Shown: positions 27,044 to 37,538 of the stretch, piece by piece | How the letters are laid out: each line of letters starts with the position of its first letter | Position numbering within the stretch: position 1 is the stretch's first letter | Source: Lachnospiraceae bacterium | Lineage (GTDB): Bacteria > Bacillota > Clostridia > Lachnospirales > Lachnospiraceae | Direction: 5' to 3' | NCBI GenBank assembly: GCA_045642905.1 | Contig: JAZUJT010000046.1 | Coordinates: 20,952-84,951, forward strand | DNA: 64,000 nucleotides | Made by a program: the position numbers and the translations under genes | Notes under the pieces: model-generated | The model's input: the letters and a program-made list of their open reading frames with translations, nothing else | Database searches by the model: none | Told to the model about the DNA's origin: nothing

Positions 27044-28747
27044 ATGACAGCATTACTTATCATTATTGCAGCAATTGCTTTGCTTGTTCTTGGATATGTA
27101 TTTTATGGTTCATGGCTTGCTAAGCAGTGGGGTATCGATCCCAACAAAAAGACTCCTGCTATTGAAATGGAAGATGGTGTAGACTATGTTGCAGCTAAGC
27201 CTGCAGTATTAATGGGACATCATTTCTCATCAATCGCCGGAGCAGGTCCTATTAATGGTCCTATTCAGGCTTCCGTATTCGGATGGCTTCCTGTATTCTT
27301 ATGGTGTGTTATCGGTGGTATTTTCTTTGGCGGTCTTCAGGACTTTGGTTCACTTTTCGCATCCATTCGTCACGAAGGAAAATCTGTTGGTGAAATCATA
27401 AAGGATTCAATGGGAACTAAGGCTAAGAAGTTATTCATTATCTTCGCACTTTTGGTTCTTATCCTTGTTATTGCTTCTTTCGTAAACGTTGTTGCCGGAA
27501 CATTCAAGTCAGATACATTCGGATTCACAACCGGTGCCAATGTTACAGGTAATGAAACAACAGCTATTATTTCACTTTTATTTATCGTTCTTGCTATTAT
27601 TTACGGTATTATTACCAACAAGCTCGGAATGAAGACAGTTCCCGCAACCATTATCGGACTTATCGGTGTTGTTCTTTCTGTAGTACTTGGTCTTAATGTA
27701 GGTTTCGCAATGAGCCGTACAGCATGGATTGTTGTAATCGGTATTTACATTGCAGTTGCATCACTTGTTCCTGTATGGATTCTCTTACAGCCTCGTGATT
27801 ACCTTTCAAGCTTCTTACTTTACTTCATGATTGCTCTTGCAATCATCGGTATTGCAGTAGCAGCTTTTGCAGGTACAGCAGCATTCAGCATTCCTGTATT
27901 TACAGGCTGGAGCACAAAGATTGGTACTTTGTTCCCCGCATTGTTTATTACTGTTGCTTGTGGCGCCTGCTCAGGTTTCCACTCACTTATTTCAACAGGT
28001 ACATCATCAAAGCAGCTTGACAACGAAAAGAACGCCAAGGCTATCGGTTACGGCTCAATGCTTATCGAATCAGCTTTAGGTATCATTTCACTTATCGCTG
28101 TTGGTATGGTATTTGAAAAATATACTGCCGGAGAATTCGGTTCACCTTCAGCTGCATTTGCAGCAGGTATCGGTATCATGTTCGGCGGTGAAGGAACAAC
28201 TCAGTACAAGACAGTTTATGCATTACTTACACTTGCTGTTTCGGTATTCGCATTAACATCTCTTGATACAGGTACAAGACTTTCACGTTTCATGTTTTCG
28301 GAATTATTCCTTAAGGATGATGAAGAGACATGGAAAGATGCCAAGGGCGTAAGAAAGCTTCTTGCTCATCCTTTATTCGGTACAACATTAATGGTTGTTG
28401 TTGGCTGTATCCTCGGTGGTCTTTCACTTTCACAGATTTGGGGATTATTCGGTGCAGCTAACCAGTTACTTGCAGGTATTGCTCTTATGGCAGTTGCTGC
28501 ATGGCTCGGCGAAGTTGGAAAGAACAACAAGATGTTCTTCATTCCTATGGCATTCATGCTTATCGCTACACTTACAAGCCTTGTTATGACTATTATCGGC
28601 AAGGTAAAGGCAGTTGGTGCAGGCGCAGCAGCATGGGGTGACTGGTTCCAGTTAATCTTTGCTCTTGCAATGGTTGTACTTGCTGTAATTCTTGTTATCG
28701 AAGGTGTTCAGACATTTGCTAAACAGCTCGTTAAGAAGAACAAATAA
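27044..28747 (+). CDS. cstA: Carbon starvation protein A family transporter
   Basis: DGVDYV, GHHFSSIAGAGPI, LLQPRDYL, ACGACSGFHSL, FGAANQLLA. Confidence 0.95.
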   Translation: MTALLIIIAAIALLVLGYVFYGSWLAKQWGIDPNKKTPAIEMEDGVDYVAAKPAVLMGHHFSSIAGAGPINGPIQASVFGWLPVFLWCVIGGIFFGGLQDFGSLFASIRHEGKSVGEIIKDSMGTKAKKLFIIFALLVLILVIASFVNVVAGTFKSDTFGFTTGANVTGNETTAIISLLFIVLAIIYGIITNKLGMKTVPATIIGLIGVVLSVVLGLNVGFAMSRTAWIVVIGIYIAVASLVPVWILLQPRDYLSSFLLYFMIALAIIGIAVAAFAGTAAFSIPVFTGWSTKIGTLFPALFITVACGACSGFHSLISTGTSSKQLDNEKNAKAIGYGSMLIESALGIISLIAVGMVFEKYTAGEFGSPSAAFAAGIGIMFGGEGTTQYKTVYALLTLAVSVFALTSLDTGTRLSRFMFSELFLKDDEETWKDAKGVRKLLAHPLFGTTLMVVVGCILGGLSLSQIWGLFGAANQLLAGIALMAVAAWLGEVGKNNKMFFIPMAFMLIATLTSLVMTIIGKVKAVGAGAAAWGDWFQLIFALAMVVLAVILVIEGVQTFAKQLVKKNK

Positions 28748-28760
28748 TTTATAAAAATTG

Positions 28761-28792
28761 TGAGCCTCGGATTTATCCGGGGCTCATTTTTT
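28761..28792 (+). terminator. Intrinsic terminator after cstA
   Basis: TGAGCCTCGGA/TCCGGGGCTCA plus T-tract. Confidence 0.88.
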
Positions 28793-28870
28793 ATGCCTTT
28801 TTTCTATTGAATTATCTTTGGTTTTCATATATCTTAGAATAGATATATTATAGGAAGAGGGTATAAGAAT

Positions 28871-30352
28871 ATGTATTATACAAGTACACGTGATAATTCC
28901 GTAAAACTTTTGGCCTCACAGGCAGTACTTAAAGGCCTTTCTGATGATGGCGGACTTTTTGTTCCCGAAAAGATTCCCACACTTTCAATTCCTTTGTCTG
29001 AGATAGGCAATCTTTCTTATCAGGATCTTGCTTATGAAGTAATGAAGGGATTTCTGGATGACTATACAGAAGAGGAACTTAGAAACTGTATTAACAGTGC
29101 ATATGATTCCAAGTTCGATACAGATGAGATTGCTCCCCTTGTAGAAGCTAAAGGTCAGTATTATTTGGAACTTTTCCACGGAAAGACCATAGCTTTTAAG
29201 GATATGGCGCTTTCGATTTTACCGCATTTATTAATTACTGCTGCCCGCAAGAACAATTGCAATAACGAAATCGTTATTTTAACGGCGACAAGCGGCGATA
29301 CCGGTAAGGCTGCTTTGGCAGGCTTTGCGGGAGTTGAGGGTACAAGAATTATTGTCTTTTATCCCAAGCATGGCGTTTCCAAGGTTCAGGAACTTCAGAT
29401 GGTTACCCAAAAGGAATCCAATACCAAAGTAATCGGTGTTAACGGAAACTTCGATGATTGCCAGTCCAAGGTTAAAGAACTTTTTGCCGATGAAGAACTT
29501 AAGGCGTTAATGAATAATAAGGGCTTTCAGTTTTCTTCAGCCAATTCGATTAATATCGGTCGTTTGGTTCCTCAGGTTGTTTATTATGTATATGCATACG
29601 GTAAGCTTGTTAAGGAAAAGCGCATAAATGCAGGCGATAAAGTTAATTTCTGTGTTCCCACAGGTAATTTCGGAAATATTCTTGCCGCATATTTTGCAAG
29701 CAAAATGGGTATTCCCGTAAATAAGCTTATTTGTGCATCCAATGAAAATAAAGTATTGTTCGACTTCTTTGAAAGCGGAGAGTACAACAAGAACAGAGAT
29801 TTTATTTTGACAAAATCACCTTCAATGGATATCTTGATTTCTTCCAATCTCGAAAGACTTATTTATCTTTCAACAGGAAGAGACGATAAGAAAAACGCTT
29901 CTTTGATGAATGATTTGAAGACAAGCGGCAAATATGTTATTACCGATGACATGAAGGAATTCATAAAAGATTTTACAGGTGTATTTGCGTCCGAAGCCGA
30001 TTGCGCCGAAAAGATTAAGTCACTTTATGAAGATACAGGTTATGTTATTGATACACATACTTCCGTAGCCGCTGCAGGTTATGACAAATATGCCAAGGCT
30101 ACAAGCGATTCATCGCCGGTTGTTATTGCATCAACGGCAAGTCCGTTCAAATTCCTTAAGAGCGTTATTACGGCTATTGATTCAAAGTATGCCGATTCTG
30201 ATGATTTTGAACTTATTGATGTTCTTTCAAAGACTTCAAATGTTGATGTACCTCAGGCTATTGAAGATATCAGAAATGCCGTTATCGTTCATGATACGGT
30301 TTGTGATGTAAATGAAATGAAATCTCTCGTTATGGAGAATATGGGCTTATAA
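28871..30352 (+). CDS. thrC: Threonine synthase
   Basis: YTSTR, ELFHGKTIAFKDMAL, ATSGDTG, SSANSIN.GRL, VPTGNFGN. Confidence 0.96.
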   Translation: MYYTSTRDNSVKLLASQAVLKGLSDDGGLFVPEKIPTLSIPLSEIGNLSYQDLAYEVMKGFLDDYTEEELRNCINSAYDSKFDTDEIAPLVEAKGQYYLELFHGKTIAFKDMALSILPHLLITAARKNNCNNEIVILTATSGDTGKAALAGFAGVEGTRIIVFYPKHGVSKVQELQMVTQKESNTKVIGVNGNFDDCQSKVKELFADEELKALMNNKGFQFSSANSINIGRLVPQVVYYVYAYGKLVKEKRINAGDKVNFCVPTGNFGNILAAYFASKMGIPVNKLICASNENKVLFDFFESGEYNKNRDFILTKSPSMDILISSNLERLIYLSTGRDDKKNASLMNDLKTSGKYVITDDMKEFIKDFTGVFASEADCAEKIKSLYEDTGYVIDTHTSVAAAGYDKYAKATSDSSPVVIASTASPFKFLKSVITAIDSKYADSDDFELIDVLSKTSNVDVPQAIEDIRNAVIVHDTVCDVNEMKSLVMENMGL

Positions 30353-30378
30353 GAGTGTAACGCATATAGGGGTATACG

Positions 30379-31242
30379 ATGAAAAATCGAAAACACATTC
30401 TTGTTATTGATGATGTTACAACCAATTTAAGATGTCTTGGTGAAGTTTTGAAGGACTTTTATTCGGTTTCAATGGTAAAATCGGGTGCTCAGGCATTAAA
30501 ACTTATGAAGAAGACCAAGCCCGATTTGGTTCTTCTTGATGTTAGGATGCCCGAAATGGACGGATACGAAACTTTCAGCCATATGAAGGAAGATGAAGAG
30601 CTTAGTTCGGTACCCGTAATTTTTCTTACCGCCGATAAAGCCGACGAAAGTGAGATTAAAGGTCGGAAAATGGGTGCGGCCGATTATATCAAAAAGCCTT
30701 TTGAACCTGTCGAGATGTTAAAGCGAATTGAGTATATTTTGGAAAATTACAATTCGTTTGCACCTTCTGTTATTGAATTGGATGTTTTCGTTGATACTAT
30801 CGAAAACATTAGCAAAAAGGATGGCTCGGGAGCTTTGCTTTTGCTTGACCTTAGCAATATTTTGGGCTTAAAGGATGAAAACGGTAATATTAGTAACAAT
30901 AACGTCCATGATCGTTTCCTGGATTGCCTTAGTTCATTCATTCACAGAGATGATTTTGTGTCGATTAATTCCGACGAAAAGATGCTTGTCTTTTTGAAGG
31001 ATGCGGTTAATGTTGATAAACTTTATCCTCGTGTTGTTAACTTAATCGATAATATCGACGGTAAGCTTTCTGTTGTTAAGAAAGATAATTCGTTAAGTTC
31101 GGTTGCCGTTGGCGTTTCGATTATGCCTTATGACGGCAAAAGCTTTGCCAAGTTATTTAATAACGCCAATCTGGCACTTTCTTTTTCGCGTAAAGAAAAT
31201 GGTTCAAAACCTCATTTCTTTAACCCGAATGAAATATATTGA
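30379..31242 (+). CDS. Response regulator: receiver + degenerate GGDEF-like domain
   Basis: IDD, LLDVRMPEMDG, IFLT, KPF; C-terminal LLLLDL...VGVS..P.DG..F..L...A..AL pattern with NSDEK in place of GGDEF. Confidence 0.85.
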   Translation: MKNRKHILVIDDVTTNLRCLGEVLKDFYSVSMVKSGAQALKLMKKTKPDLVLLDVRMPEMDGYETFSHMKEDEELSSVPVIFLTADKADESEIKGRKMGAADYIKKPFEPVEMLKRIEYILENYNSFAPSVIELDVFVDTIENISKKDGSGALLLLDLSNILGLKDENGNISNNNVHDRFLDCLSSFIHRDDFVSINSDEKMLVFLKDAVNVDKLYPRVVNLIDNIDGKLSVVKKDNSLSSVAVGVSIMPYDGKSFAKLFNNANLALSFSRKENGSKPHFFNPNEIY

Positions 31243-31583
31243 GGTATTACTTTATGGCAATTGATATTCTGTTTCTTTTGACTGGAGCTTATCTTTTGAT
31301 TAATACATTTATTATGAAGAAGAAAGGTACCATTCCGGCTCCGCTTGTTAGTAAAAAAGTTAATCTTGAAAAGGCCCGTGATGTGGACGGTTATATCAAA
31401 GCGATTTTTCTTCCCAATGTTTATTTCGGGGTTTCTTTGGTATTGATTTCGCTTGTAAGTATTTTTGTCGGTTACTATGCCATTCCGAGCTGGATTTCGA
31501 TTGCACTTTTTGCCTGCTATTTCGTAAGCCTTATTTTATATTCCGTTTTTTCGGTTAAGATTCAGAACAAATATTTGTTTTAA
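31239..31583 (+). CDS. Small membrane protein (three hydrophobic segments)
   Basis: TTG start overlapping previous stop; hydrophobic helices. Confidence 0.7.
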   Translation: MRYYFMAIDILFLLTGAYLLINTFIMKKKGTIPAPLVSKKVNLEKARDVDGYIKAIFLPNVYFGVSLVLISLVSIFVGYYAIPSWISIALFACYFVSLILYSVFSVKIQNKYLF

Positions 31584-31600
31584 ATGAATTGGAGAGTTTT

Positions 31601-33121
31601 ATGAGTACAAGAAAATCTGCAGTAAATAATCGTGATATTATTTGGAGCGATGTGGTATATCGTGTTCTTAAAAATTGGCCCACACTCATCATTATGATGG
31701 TAGTTTTTGCCGGAGTGGCTTTTGTTTTCGGTAAGAAATATAATGCCAAAGTAAAAGTATATAACGATAACCTTAAGCCTGTTGTGGTCGAGAGCACAAA
31801 TACAATATCAGAGGAAGAGAAGCAGGCCGTAGTAGATGAGGCATTATCTCTTTCCGAGGATGAGCTGAAAGCAAAATTATTTGCCAGTCAGGTTTCCGAT
31901 GTTTATGCTCTTGAAACGGATATGATTATTTTTAATCAGGCATTTTACAGTACTATTTGGAATTTTGCTTCGTATACCACCGGAATAGAGATGCAATATG
32001 TCATAAAGAGTCCCGATTCGGATGATAATTATGATTATGCTTCTTTATTATGTTCATATATTGATGACGGAAAGATGAGCGGATGGATAGAAAGTGCAGG
32101 TCTCGATTATGCTTCCAACGCAAATAATTTCCATGCTTTTGTCGGCGGGAATATTGATAATACCGAGAAATCAAATGTTGTTACCATCTATTTCTTTTTG
32201 AAAAATCCTGCTGAAAATGACGGTGTTATTGCCGCACTTGATCAGTATGTTGTTGATGTTATGAATATGTTTAACGGTCAGGGCGCTAATTTATATGCTA
32301 CCAAGATTCATGTGGGTTCATCCAGAGCGGCTACATATTATTTCAAGAACAAAAAGAGTGAACTTACTTTACTTTGTCAGGAAAAACTTTCGACAATGAA
32401 TTACCGCAGAAGTTTATTTAATGCTTATCAGCAGGCATTATATAATCTCAGAGGTTGCGGTTGGCAGTTCAGTCCCGTAACTTATGTTGATCCGAGCACT
32501 GTATACTCGGAAGAACCTGCAGAAACCGAAGCACCCAAGATTCATAAGAAGAAAACCCTTCCGCTTTCATTGCTTGTACCTGCGGGTGCTGCCGGTGCAT
32601 TTGCACTTTATTGTGTTATTGTTTTCTTCGCTACAATCTTTTCGGGTAAGATTTCCTTCAAGGATGACTACTATGAAATTTTCGGACTTTATTCTTTTGA
32701 CAGAGTAAAGTCATGCAAAAAGAAGAAATTCTTTATTAACAGAGCCATCAATAAGATTAATTATGCAGGTATTTCCGCTTCATCCGAAGATGAAAGTATT
32801 GAACGTATTTCTTCATCGGTAAGTGTTATTAATTCTACTAACAAGATTAACAAGCTTGCCATTTCGGGACTTAGAATGGATGAGCATAAGGGCGATGTAT
32901 GCAATAAGATTAAAGAAGCATTGAAGGCTTTGGATATCGATGCTGTTGTTGTAAACAACGTACTTACCGATTCGTCATCACTTGCTTTGCTTAATAATGT
33001 TGATAGTGTTATAATGGTTGAGACGGCTGACCGTTCCAAATACAACGAAGTATTTGATGAAATTGAACTTTATAGCAGACAGAACATTCGAAAGCTTGGA
33101 ATTATAGTATTTGAAAGTTAA
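31601..33121 (+). CDS. Wzz/CpsC-like polysaccharide co-polymerase with truncated CpsD-like tail
   Basis: Two TMs flanking a large external domain; C-terminal DSVIMVE...S.Y.EV..E......LGII pattern; ATG 31601 after GGAG. Confidence 0.6.
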   Translation: MSTRKSAVNNRDIIWSDVVYRVLKNWPTLIIMMVVFAGVAFVFGKKYNAKVKVYNDNLKPVVVESTNTISEEEKQAVVDEALSLSEDELKAKLFASQVSDVYALETDMIIFNQAFYSTIWNFASYTTGIEMQYVIKSPDSDDNYDYASLLCSYIDDGKMSGWIESAGLDYASNANNFHAFVGGNIDNTEKSNVVTIYFFLKNPAENDGVIAALDQYVVDVMNMFNGQGANLYATKIHVGSSRAATYYFKNKKSELTLLCQEKLSTMNYRRSLFNAYQQALYNLRGCGWQFSPVTYVDPSTVYSEEPAETEAPKIHKKKTLPLSLLVPAGAAGAFALYCVIVFFATIFSGKISFKDDYYEIFGLYSFDRVKSCKKKKFFINRAINKINYAGISASSEDESIERISSSVSVINSTNKINKLAISGLRMDEHKGDVCNKIKEALKALDIDAVVVNNVLTDSSSLALLNNVDSVIMVETADRSKYNEVFDEIELYSRQNIRKLGIIVFES

Positions 33122-33129
33122 GTATATTT

Positions 33130-33159
33130 ACGGAGGAGAGATTTCTCCTCCGTTTTTTT
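33130..33159 (+). terminator. Intrinsic terminator
   Basis: ACGGAGGAGA/TCTCCTCCGT plus T-tract. Confidence 0.9.
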
Positions 33160-33211
33160 AAGTGTACTATTTGGTGCACATATTTATAAAACAGTATTGG
33201 AGGCTTACAAA

Positions 33212-33862
33212 ATGAACAACGAAGAATTATTAATGCATGTTGATCATACTCAGCTTAAGGCATTTGCAACATGGGAAGACATTGCTAAATTATGCGACGA
33301 GGCAGTTAAATACAATACCGCTTCGGTTTGCGTTCCGCCTTGCTACATTAAAAGAATTCACGACAAGTATAAGGAAAGCGTAAATATCTGTACCGTTATC
33401 GGATTCCCTTTAGGATATTCCGTAACTGAAAGCAAGGTTGTTGAGGCTAAAAAGGCTATTGAGGACGGAGCCAATGAAGTTGATATGGTAATTAATATTT
33501 CTGATGTCAAGAATAAAGATTACGATAAGGTTTTGGCAGAAATCAAGGCTATAAAGGCAGCCTGCGGAAACAAGATTTTAAAGGTTATTATCGAGACCTG
33601 TTATCTTACGGATGACGAAAAGAAGAAGATGTGTGAGATAGTAACAGAGGCTAAGGCAGATTACATCAAGACTTCCACCGGCTTCGGTACCGGCGGAGCT
33701 ACTTTTGATGATGTTAAGCTTTTCGCCGACAATATCGGTCCCGACGTTAAGATTAAAGCTGCGGGCGGTATTCGTACCAAGGAAGATATGGAAAAATTCC
33801 TGGAACTTGGTGCCGACAGATTAGGTACCTCATCGGCAATTTCTATTTTGGAGGCAAAATAA
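33212..33862 (+). CDS. deoC: Deoxyribose-phosphate aldolase
   Basis: DHTQLK, CTVIGFPLG, EVDMVIN, KVIIET, KTSTGF, KAAGGIR, RLGTSS; ATG 33212 after GGAGG. Confidence 0.96.
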   Translation: MNNEELLMHVDHTQLKAFATWEDIAKLCDEAVKYNTASVCVPPCYIKRIHDKYKESVNICTVIGFPLGYSVTESKVVEAKKAIEDGANEVDMVINISDVKNKDYDKVLAEIKAIKAACGNKILKVIIETCYLTDDEKKKMCEIVTEAKADYIKTSTGFGTGGATFDDVKLFADNIGPDVKIKAAGGIRTKEDMEKFLELGADRLGTSSAISILEAK

Positions 33863-33867
33863 AATTT

Positions 33868-35664
33868 ATGAGTAATGCAATTGCCAATAGAATCAGTTTA
33901 CTTCGTAAAAAAATGCGCGAAGAGGAAATTGAATGGTATTTAATTTCCTCGGAAGATTATCACGGCTCGGAGTATGTAGCGGATTATTTTAAGGTTCGTG
34001 AATACTATACCGGATTTACCGGTGACAATGCCGTTTTGATAATCGGAAGTACAAACGCTTATATGTGGACCGATGGTCGTTTCTTTATACAGGCGGCCAA
34101 TGAACTTGAAGGAACAGGTATCGAACTTATGAAAATGGGTGAAGAAAATGTTCCCACGGTTATTGAATTTTTGAAAGCCAATGTTAAGGAAAACGAATGT
34201 CTTGCTTTTGACGGAAGAACTGTTTCAAACAGCTTCGGAAATAAAGTGAAAAATATTTTCAAGAAGTCCAAGGCTGATATGAAGTACGGCTGTGACATCG
34301 CCGGAGAATTGATGAAAAGACGTCCCGGTAAGCCTTGTTCGAATCTTTTTGTTTTGCCCGATGATGTAAGCGGCGAAAGTATGCATTCGAAAATCGAGCG
34401 AGTTAAAGCTTCTTTAAAGGAAAATGATGCGGATGCATTTTTCCTTTCCAAGCTTGACGATATCATGTGGCTTACTAATATTCGAGGAAACGACATTCCC
34501 TGCAATCCTGTCGCATTAAGTTATTTATTTATGACACTTGATAAGACTGTGATTTTCCTTCAAAAGAAAGAGGTTTCCAAAGAAATCAAGGCTTATTTTG
34601 ACAAGAATAATGTTGAGATAAGTGATTACGACGAAGTTCTTGATTATGTTTCGGATATTCCGGCGGAATTGAACGTTCTTGTAGACGAAAACAATGTTAA
34701 TTTTTCAATTATGTCCATTCTTGAAAACAGAGTGCAGGTTGTCAAGAAACCGAATCCGACCGAAGGCTTTAAGGCTGTCAAGAATGAAACAGAGTTGAAA
34801 CGATTAAGAGAGATTCTCATTGAAGACAGCGCTGCTGTTACCAAGTTTATATATTGGCTAAAGAAAAATATCGGCAAAAAGACCATTACCGAAGTATCCG
34901 CCGCAGAATATCTTGATAATTTAAGAAGCAAAATTCCCGGATTTTTAGGCCTTTCTTTTCCTACAATTTCGGGTTATAACGCAAATGCCGCAATGATGCA
35001 TTACGAGGCTACAAAAGAGAGCCATGCGGTGTTAAGTCCCATGGGAGCGTTATTGGTCGATTCGGGCGGACAATACATGAAAGGTACGACCGATATTACG
35101 AGAACAATTGTCCTGGGTGAAGTTTCGGATAAGTTTAAATGCCATTTTTCAAAGGTCGCGGCCGGCATGCTTTCTTTGGCCAATGCCAAGTTTTTGTATG
35201 GTTGCACGGGTCGAAATGTAGATATACTCGCGAGACTTCCTTTATGGGAAATGAATATGGATTACAAGTGCGGAACGGGTCACGGCGTCGGATATATATT
35301 AAATGTCCATGAAGGTCCGCAGTCCATTAGATGGAAGTATGTAAAGGATTCTTCGGAAGCCGTTCTTGAAGAAGGAATGATTATTACCGACGAGCCCGGT
35401 GTTTACATTGAAAATGAATACGGTATTCGTACAGAAAATGAAATTCTTTGCAGAAAAGGTGTTAAAAATTCAGACGGTCAGTTTATGTATTTTGAAAATC
35501 TGACATATACACCCATCGACAGAGAAGCGCTGGACAAACAGTATTTGTCAAAGGCCGATATAGAGAACATTGATGCTTATCATCAAAAGGTTTACGAGCT
35601 TACAAAAGACTATATGAACGAAGAGGAAAGAACGTGGCTTTATGAAGTTACGAGACCTTTATAA
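33868..35664 (+). CDS. Xaa-Pro aminopeptidase (M24, aminopeptidase P family)
   Basis: D.HGSEY, WTDGRF, DSGGQY..GTTDITRT, GTGHGVG..LNVHEGP, DEPGVY. Confidence 0.93.
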   Translation: MSNAIANRISLLRKKMREEEIEWYLISSEDYHGSEYVADYFKVREYYTGFTGDNAVLIIGSTNAYMWTDGRFFIQAANELEGTGIELMKMGEENVPTVIEFLKANVKENECLAFDGRTVSNSFGNKVKNIFKKSKADMKYGCDIAGELMKRRPGKPCSNLFVLPDDVSGESMHSKIERVKASLKENDADAFFLSKLDDIMWLTNIRGNDIPCNPVALSYLFMTLDKTVIFLQKKEVSKEIKAYFDKNNVEISDYDEVLDYVSDIPAELNVLVDENNVNFSIMSILENRVQVVKKPNPTEGFKAVKNETELKRLREILIEDSAAVTKFIYWLKKNIGKKTITEVSAAEYLDNLRSKIPGFLGLSFPTISGYNANAAMMHYEATKESHAVLSPMGALLVDSGGQYMKGTTDITRTIVLGEVSDKFKCHFSKVAAGMLSLANAKFLYGCTGRNVDILARLPLWEMNMDYKCGTGHGVGYILNVHEGPQSIRWKYVKDSSEAVLEEGMIITDEPGVYIENEYGIRTENEILCRKGVKNSDGQFMYFENLTYTPIDREALDKQYLSKADIENIDAYHQKVYELTKDYMNEEERTWLYEVTRPL

Positions 35665-35690
35665 TTATTCTTTTATTTATAATGTTTATA

Positions 35691-35720
35691 TTGACTTTTG
35701 TATAAACACGCGGATATAAT
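35691..35720 (+). promoter_or_regulatory. Sigma-A promoter of PEP carboxykinase
   Basis: TTGACT-18-TATAAT. Confidence 0.7.
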
Positions 35721-35795
35721 ATTTTAGGTATTTTTATAAGTTAGTTTTACCAATATTCGTATTTTTATACGAGACAATAAATAAGGAGGACTATT

Positions 35796-37523
35796 ATGTC
35801 AACAAAAGCTTATTATCCGATTTCTGAAATCGGTGCCGGTAAGGTTGGCTTCTCAAAGACTCGTTCTATTATCGAAGCTGCTTTTTACGGCAACAACGTT
35901 GTTAAGGTTAACACAGTAAGAGAAGCTTACGAGTTAGCAAAAAATTCACCCGGAACTATCGTAACAGATATGCCCGTTTACAGAGCAGAAGAGCAGGGTC
36001 TTGAGAAAGACACTAAGGTTCTTTGCTTCAACGATGGCGCTGTTACAGGTCGTTACGCAGCAGCTCGTCGTATCAAAGGCGAACCCGGTGTAGATGAGAC
36101 AAAGCTTGATAAGGTTGTTATGGACGCTGTTTACAAGACACGTTGGATGACAATGTATCATGCAGAGTGCTTTATCGGTCTTGATCCCGAATTCATGGTA
36201 AAGGCTCACCTTCTTCTTCCCGAAGGAGAAGAAAACCTTCTTTACAACTGGATGCTTAACTTCCAGTATATGTCTGACAAGTATGTTCAGATGTACAAGG
36301 ATTCTAAGCCTGTCGGCGATGGAAAAGAGCCTGATATTTATATCTTCTCTAATCCTCAGTGGTCTCCCGAAGAAGCTCCCGACGTTGACTTCAGCTGCTT
36401 AAGCGATCCTTTAACTCTTTGCTACTTCGATACAAACGCTAACTGCGCAGCTATTCTTGGTATGAAGTACTTTGGTGAGCACAAGAAAGGTACTCTTACA
36501 ATCGCTTGGGCTATCGCTAACAGAAACGGTTATGCATCATGCCACGGCGGACAGAAGGAATACAGCCTTGAAGGCGGTAAGAAGTTCGTTGCTTCTGTTT
36601 ATGGTCTTTCAGGATCAGGTAAGTCAACACTTACACATGCTAAGCACAATGGTAAATATGATCAGTTCGGTGGTATCAAGGTTCTTCATGATGATGCTTT
36701 CATCATCAACACAGATACATGTTCATCTGTAGCATTGGAGCCTACATACTTCGATAAGACAGCAGATTATCCTACAGGCTGTGCTGATAACAAGTTCTTA
36801 CTTACAGTTCAGAACGTTTCAGCTACACTTGACGAGGACAACAAGATTCAGATCGTTACAGAAGATATCCGTAACGGTAACGGACGTGCAATTAAGTCAA
36901 AGCTTTGGTCTCCTAACCGCGTTGACAAGATTGATTCTCCCGTTAATGCAATCTTCTGGATCATGAAGGATCCTACAATTCCTCCGGTAGTTAAGCTTAA
37001 GGGCGCTGCTCTTGCATCTGTTATGGGTGCTACACTTGCTACAAAGACATCTACAGCAGAACGTGTTGCTGCAGGTACAGATATGAACGCACTTCGTATC
37101 GTTCCTTACGCAAATCCTTTCCGTACATATCCTCTTGTAAACGACTATGAGAAGTTCAAGAAACTCGTTGAAGAGAAGAATGTAGATTGCTACATCGTTA
37201 ATACAGGTGACTTCATGGGAACAAAATGTAAGCCCGCTGATACACTTGGTATTCTTGAAACAATCGTTGAAGGCAAGGCTAAGTTCGAGAAGTGGGGACC
37301 TTTCTCTGATATCGAAATCATGTATGACTGGTCAGGAAAGACATCAGATGCTTTCAAGCCTGACATGAATGATAAGGATTATGTAAAGGCTCTTCAGAAC
37401 GCTATGCAGAACCGTGTAGACGCTGTTGAAGGCTTCGCTACAAAGAAGGAAGGCTATGACAAGCTTCCTGATGAAGCATTAGAAGCATTAAAGAAAGTTG
37501 TTAATGAGGCAGCTTCTCTCTAA
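35796..37523 (+). CDS. pckA: Phosphoenolpyruvate carboxykinase (ATP), divergent Firmicutes type
   Basis: YFGEHKKG, CHGG, GLSGSGKST, LHDD, NGR, NPF, VNTG. Confidence 0.88.
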   Translation: MSTKAYYPISEIGAGKVGFSKTRSIIEAAFYGNNVVKVNTVREAYELAKNSPGTIVTDMPVYRAEEQGLEKDTKVLCFNDGAVTGRYAAARRIKGEPGVDETKLDKVVMDAVYKTRWMTMYHAECFIGLDPEFMVKAHLLLPEGEENLLYNWMLNFQYMSDKYVQMYKDSKPVGDGKEPDIYIFSNPQWSPEEAPDVDFSCLSDPLTLCYFDTNANCAAILGMKYFGEHKKGTLTIAWAIANRNGYASCHGGQKEYSLEGGKKFVASVYGLSGSGKSTLTHAKHNGKYDQFGGIKVLHDDAFIINTDTCSSVALEPTYFDKTADYPTGCADNKFLLTVQNVSATLDEDNKIQIVTEDIRNGNGRAIKSKLWSPNRVDKIDSPVNAIFWIMKDPTIPPVVKLKGAALASVMGATLATKTSTAERVAAGTDMNALRIVPYANPFRTYPLVNDYEKFKKLVEEKNVDCYIVNTGDFMGTKCKPADTLGILETIVEGKAKFEKWGPFSDIEIMYDWSGKTSDAFKPDMNDKDYVKALQNAMQNRVDAVEGFATKKEGYDKLPDEALEALKKVVNEAASL

Positions 37524-37538
37524 TTTTTCAATGAATTT

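Noticed and set aside
28793-28870. T-box or riboswitch upstream of thrC
   Set aside because: Gap is under 80 nt after the cstA terminator and has no T-box motif
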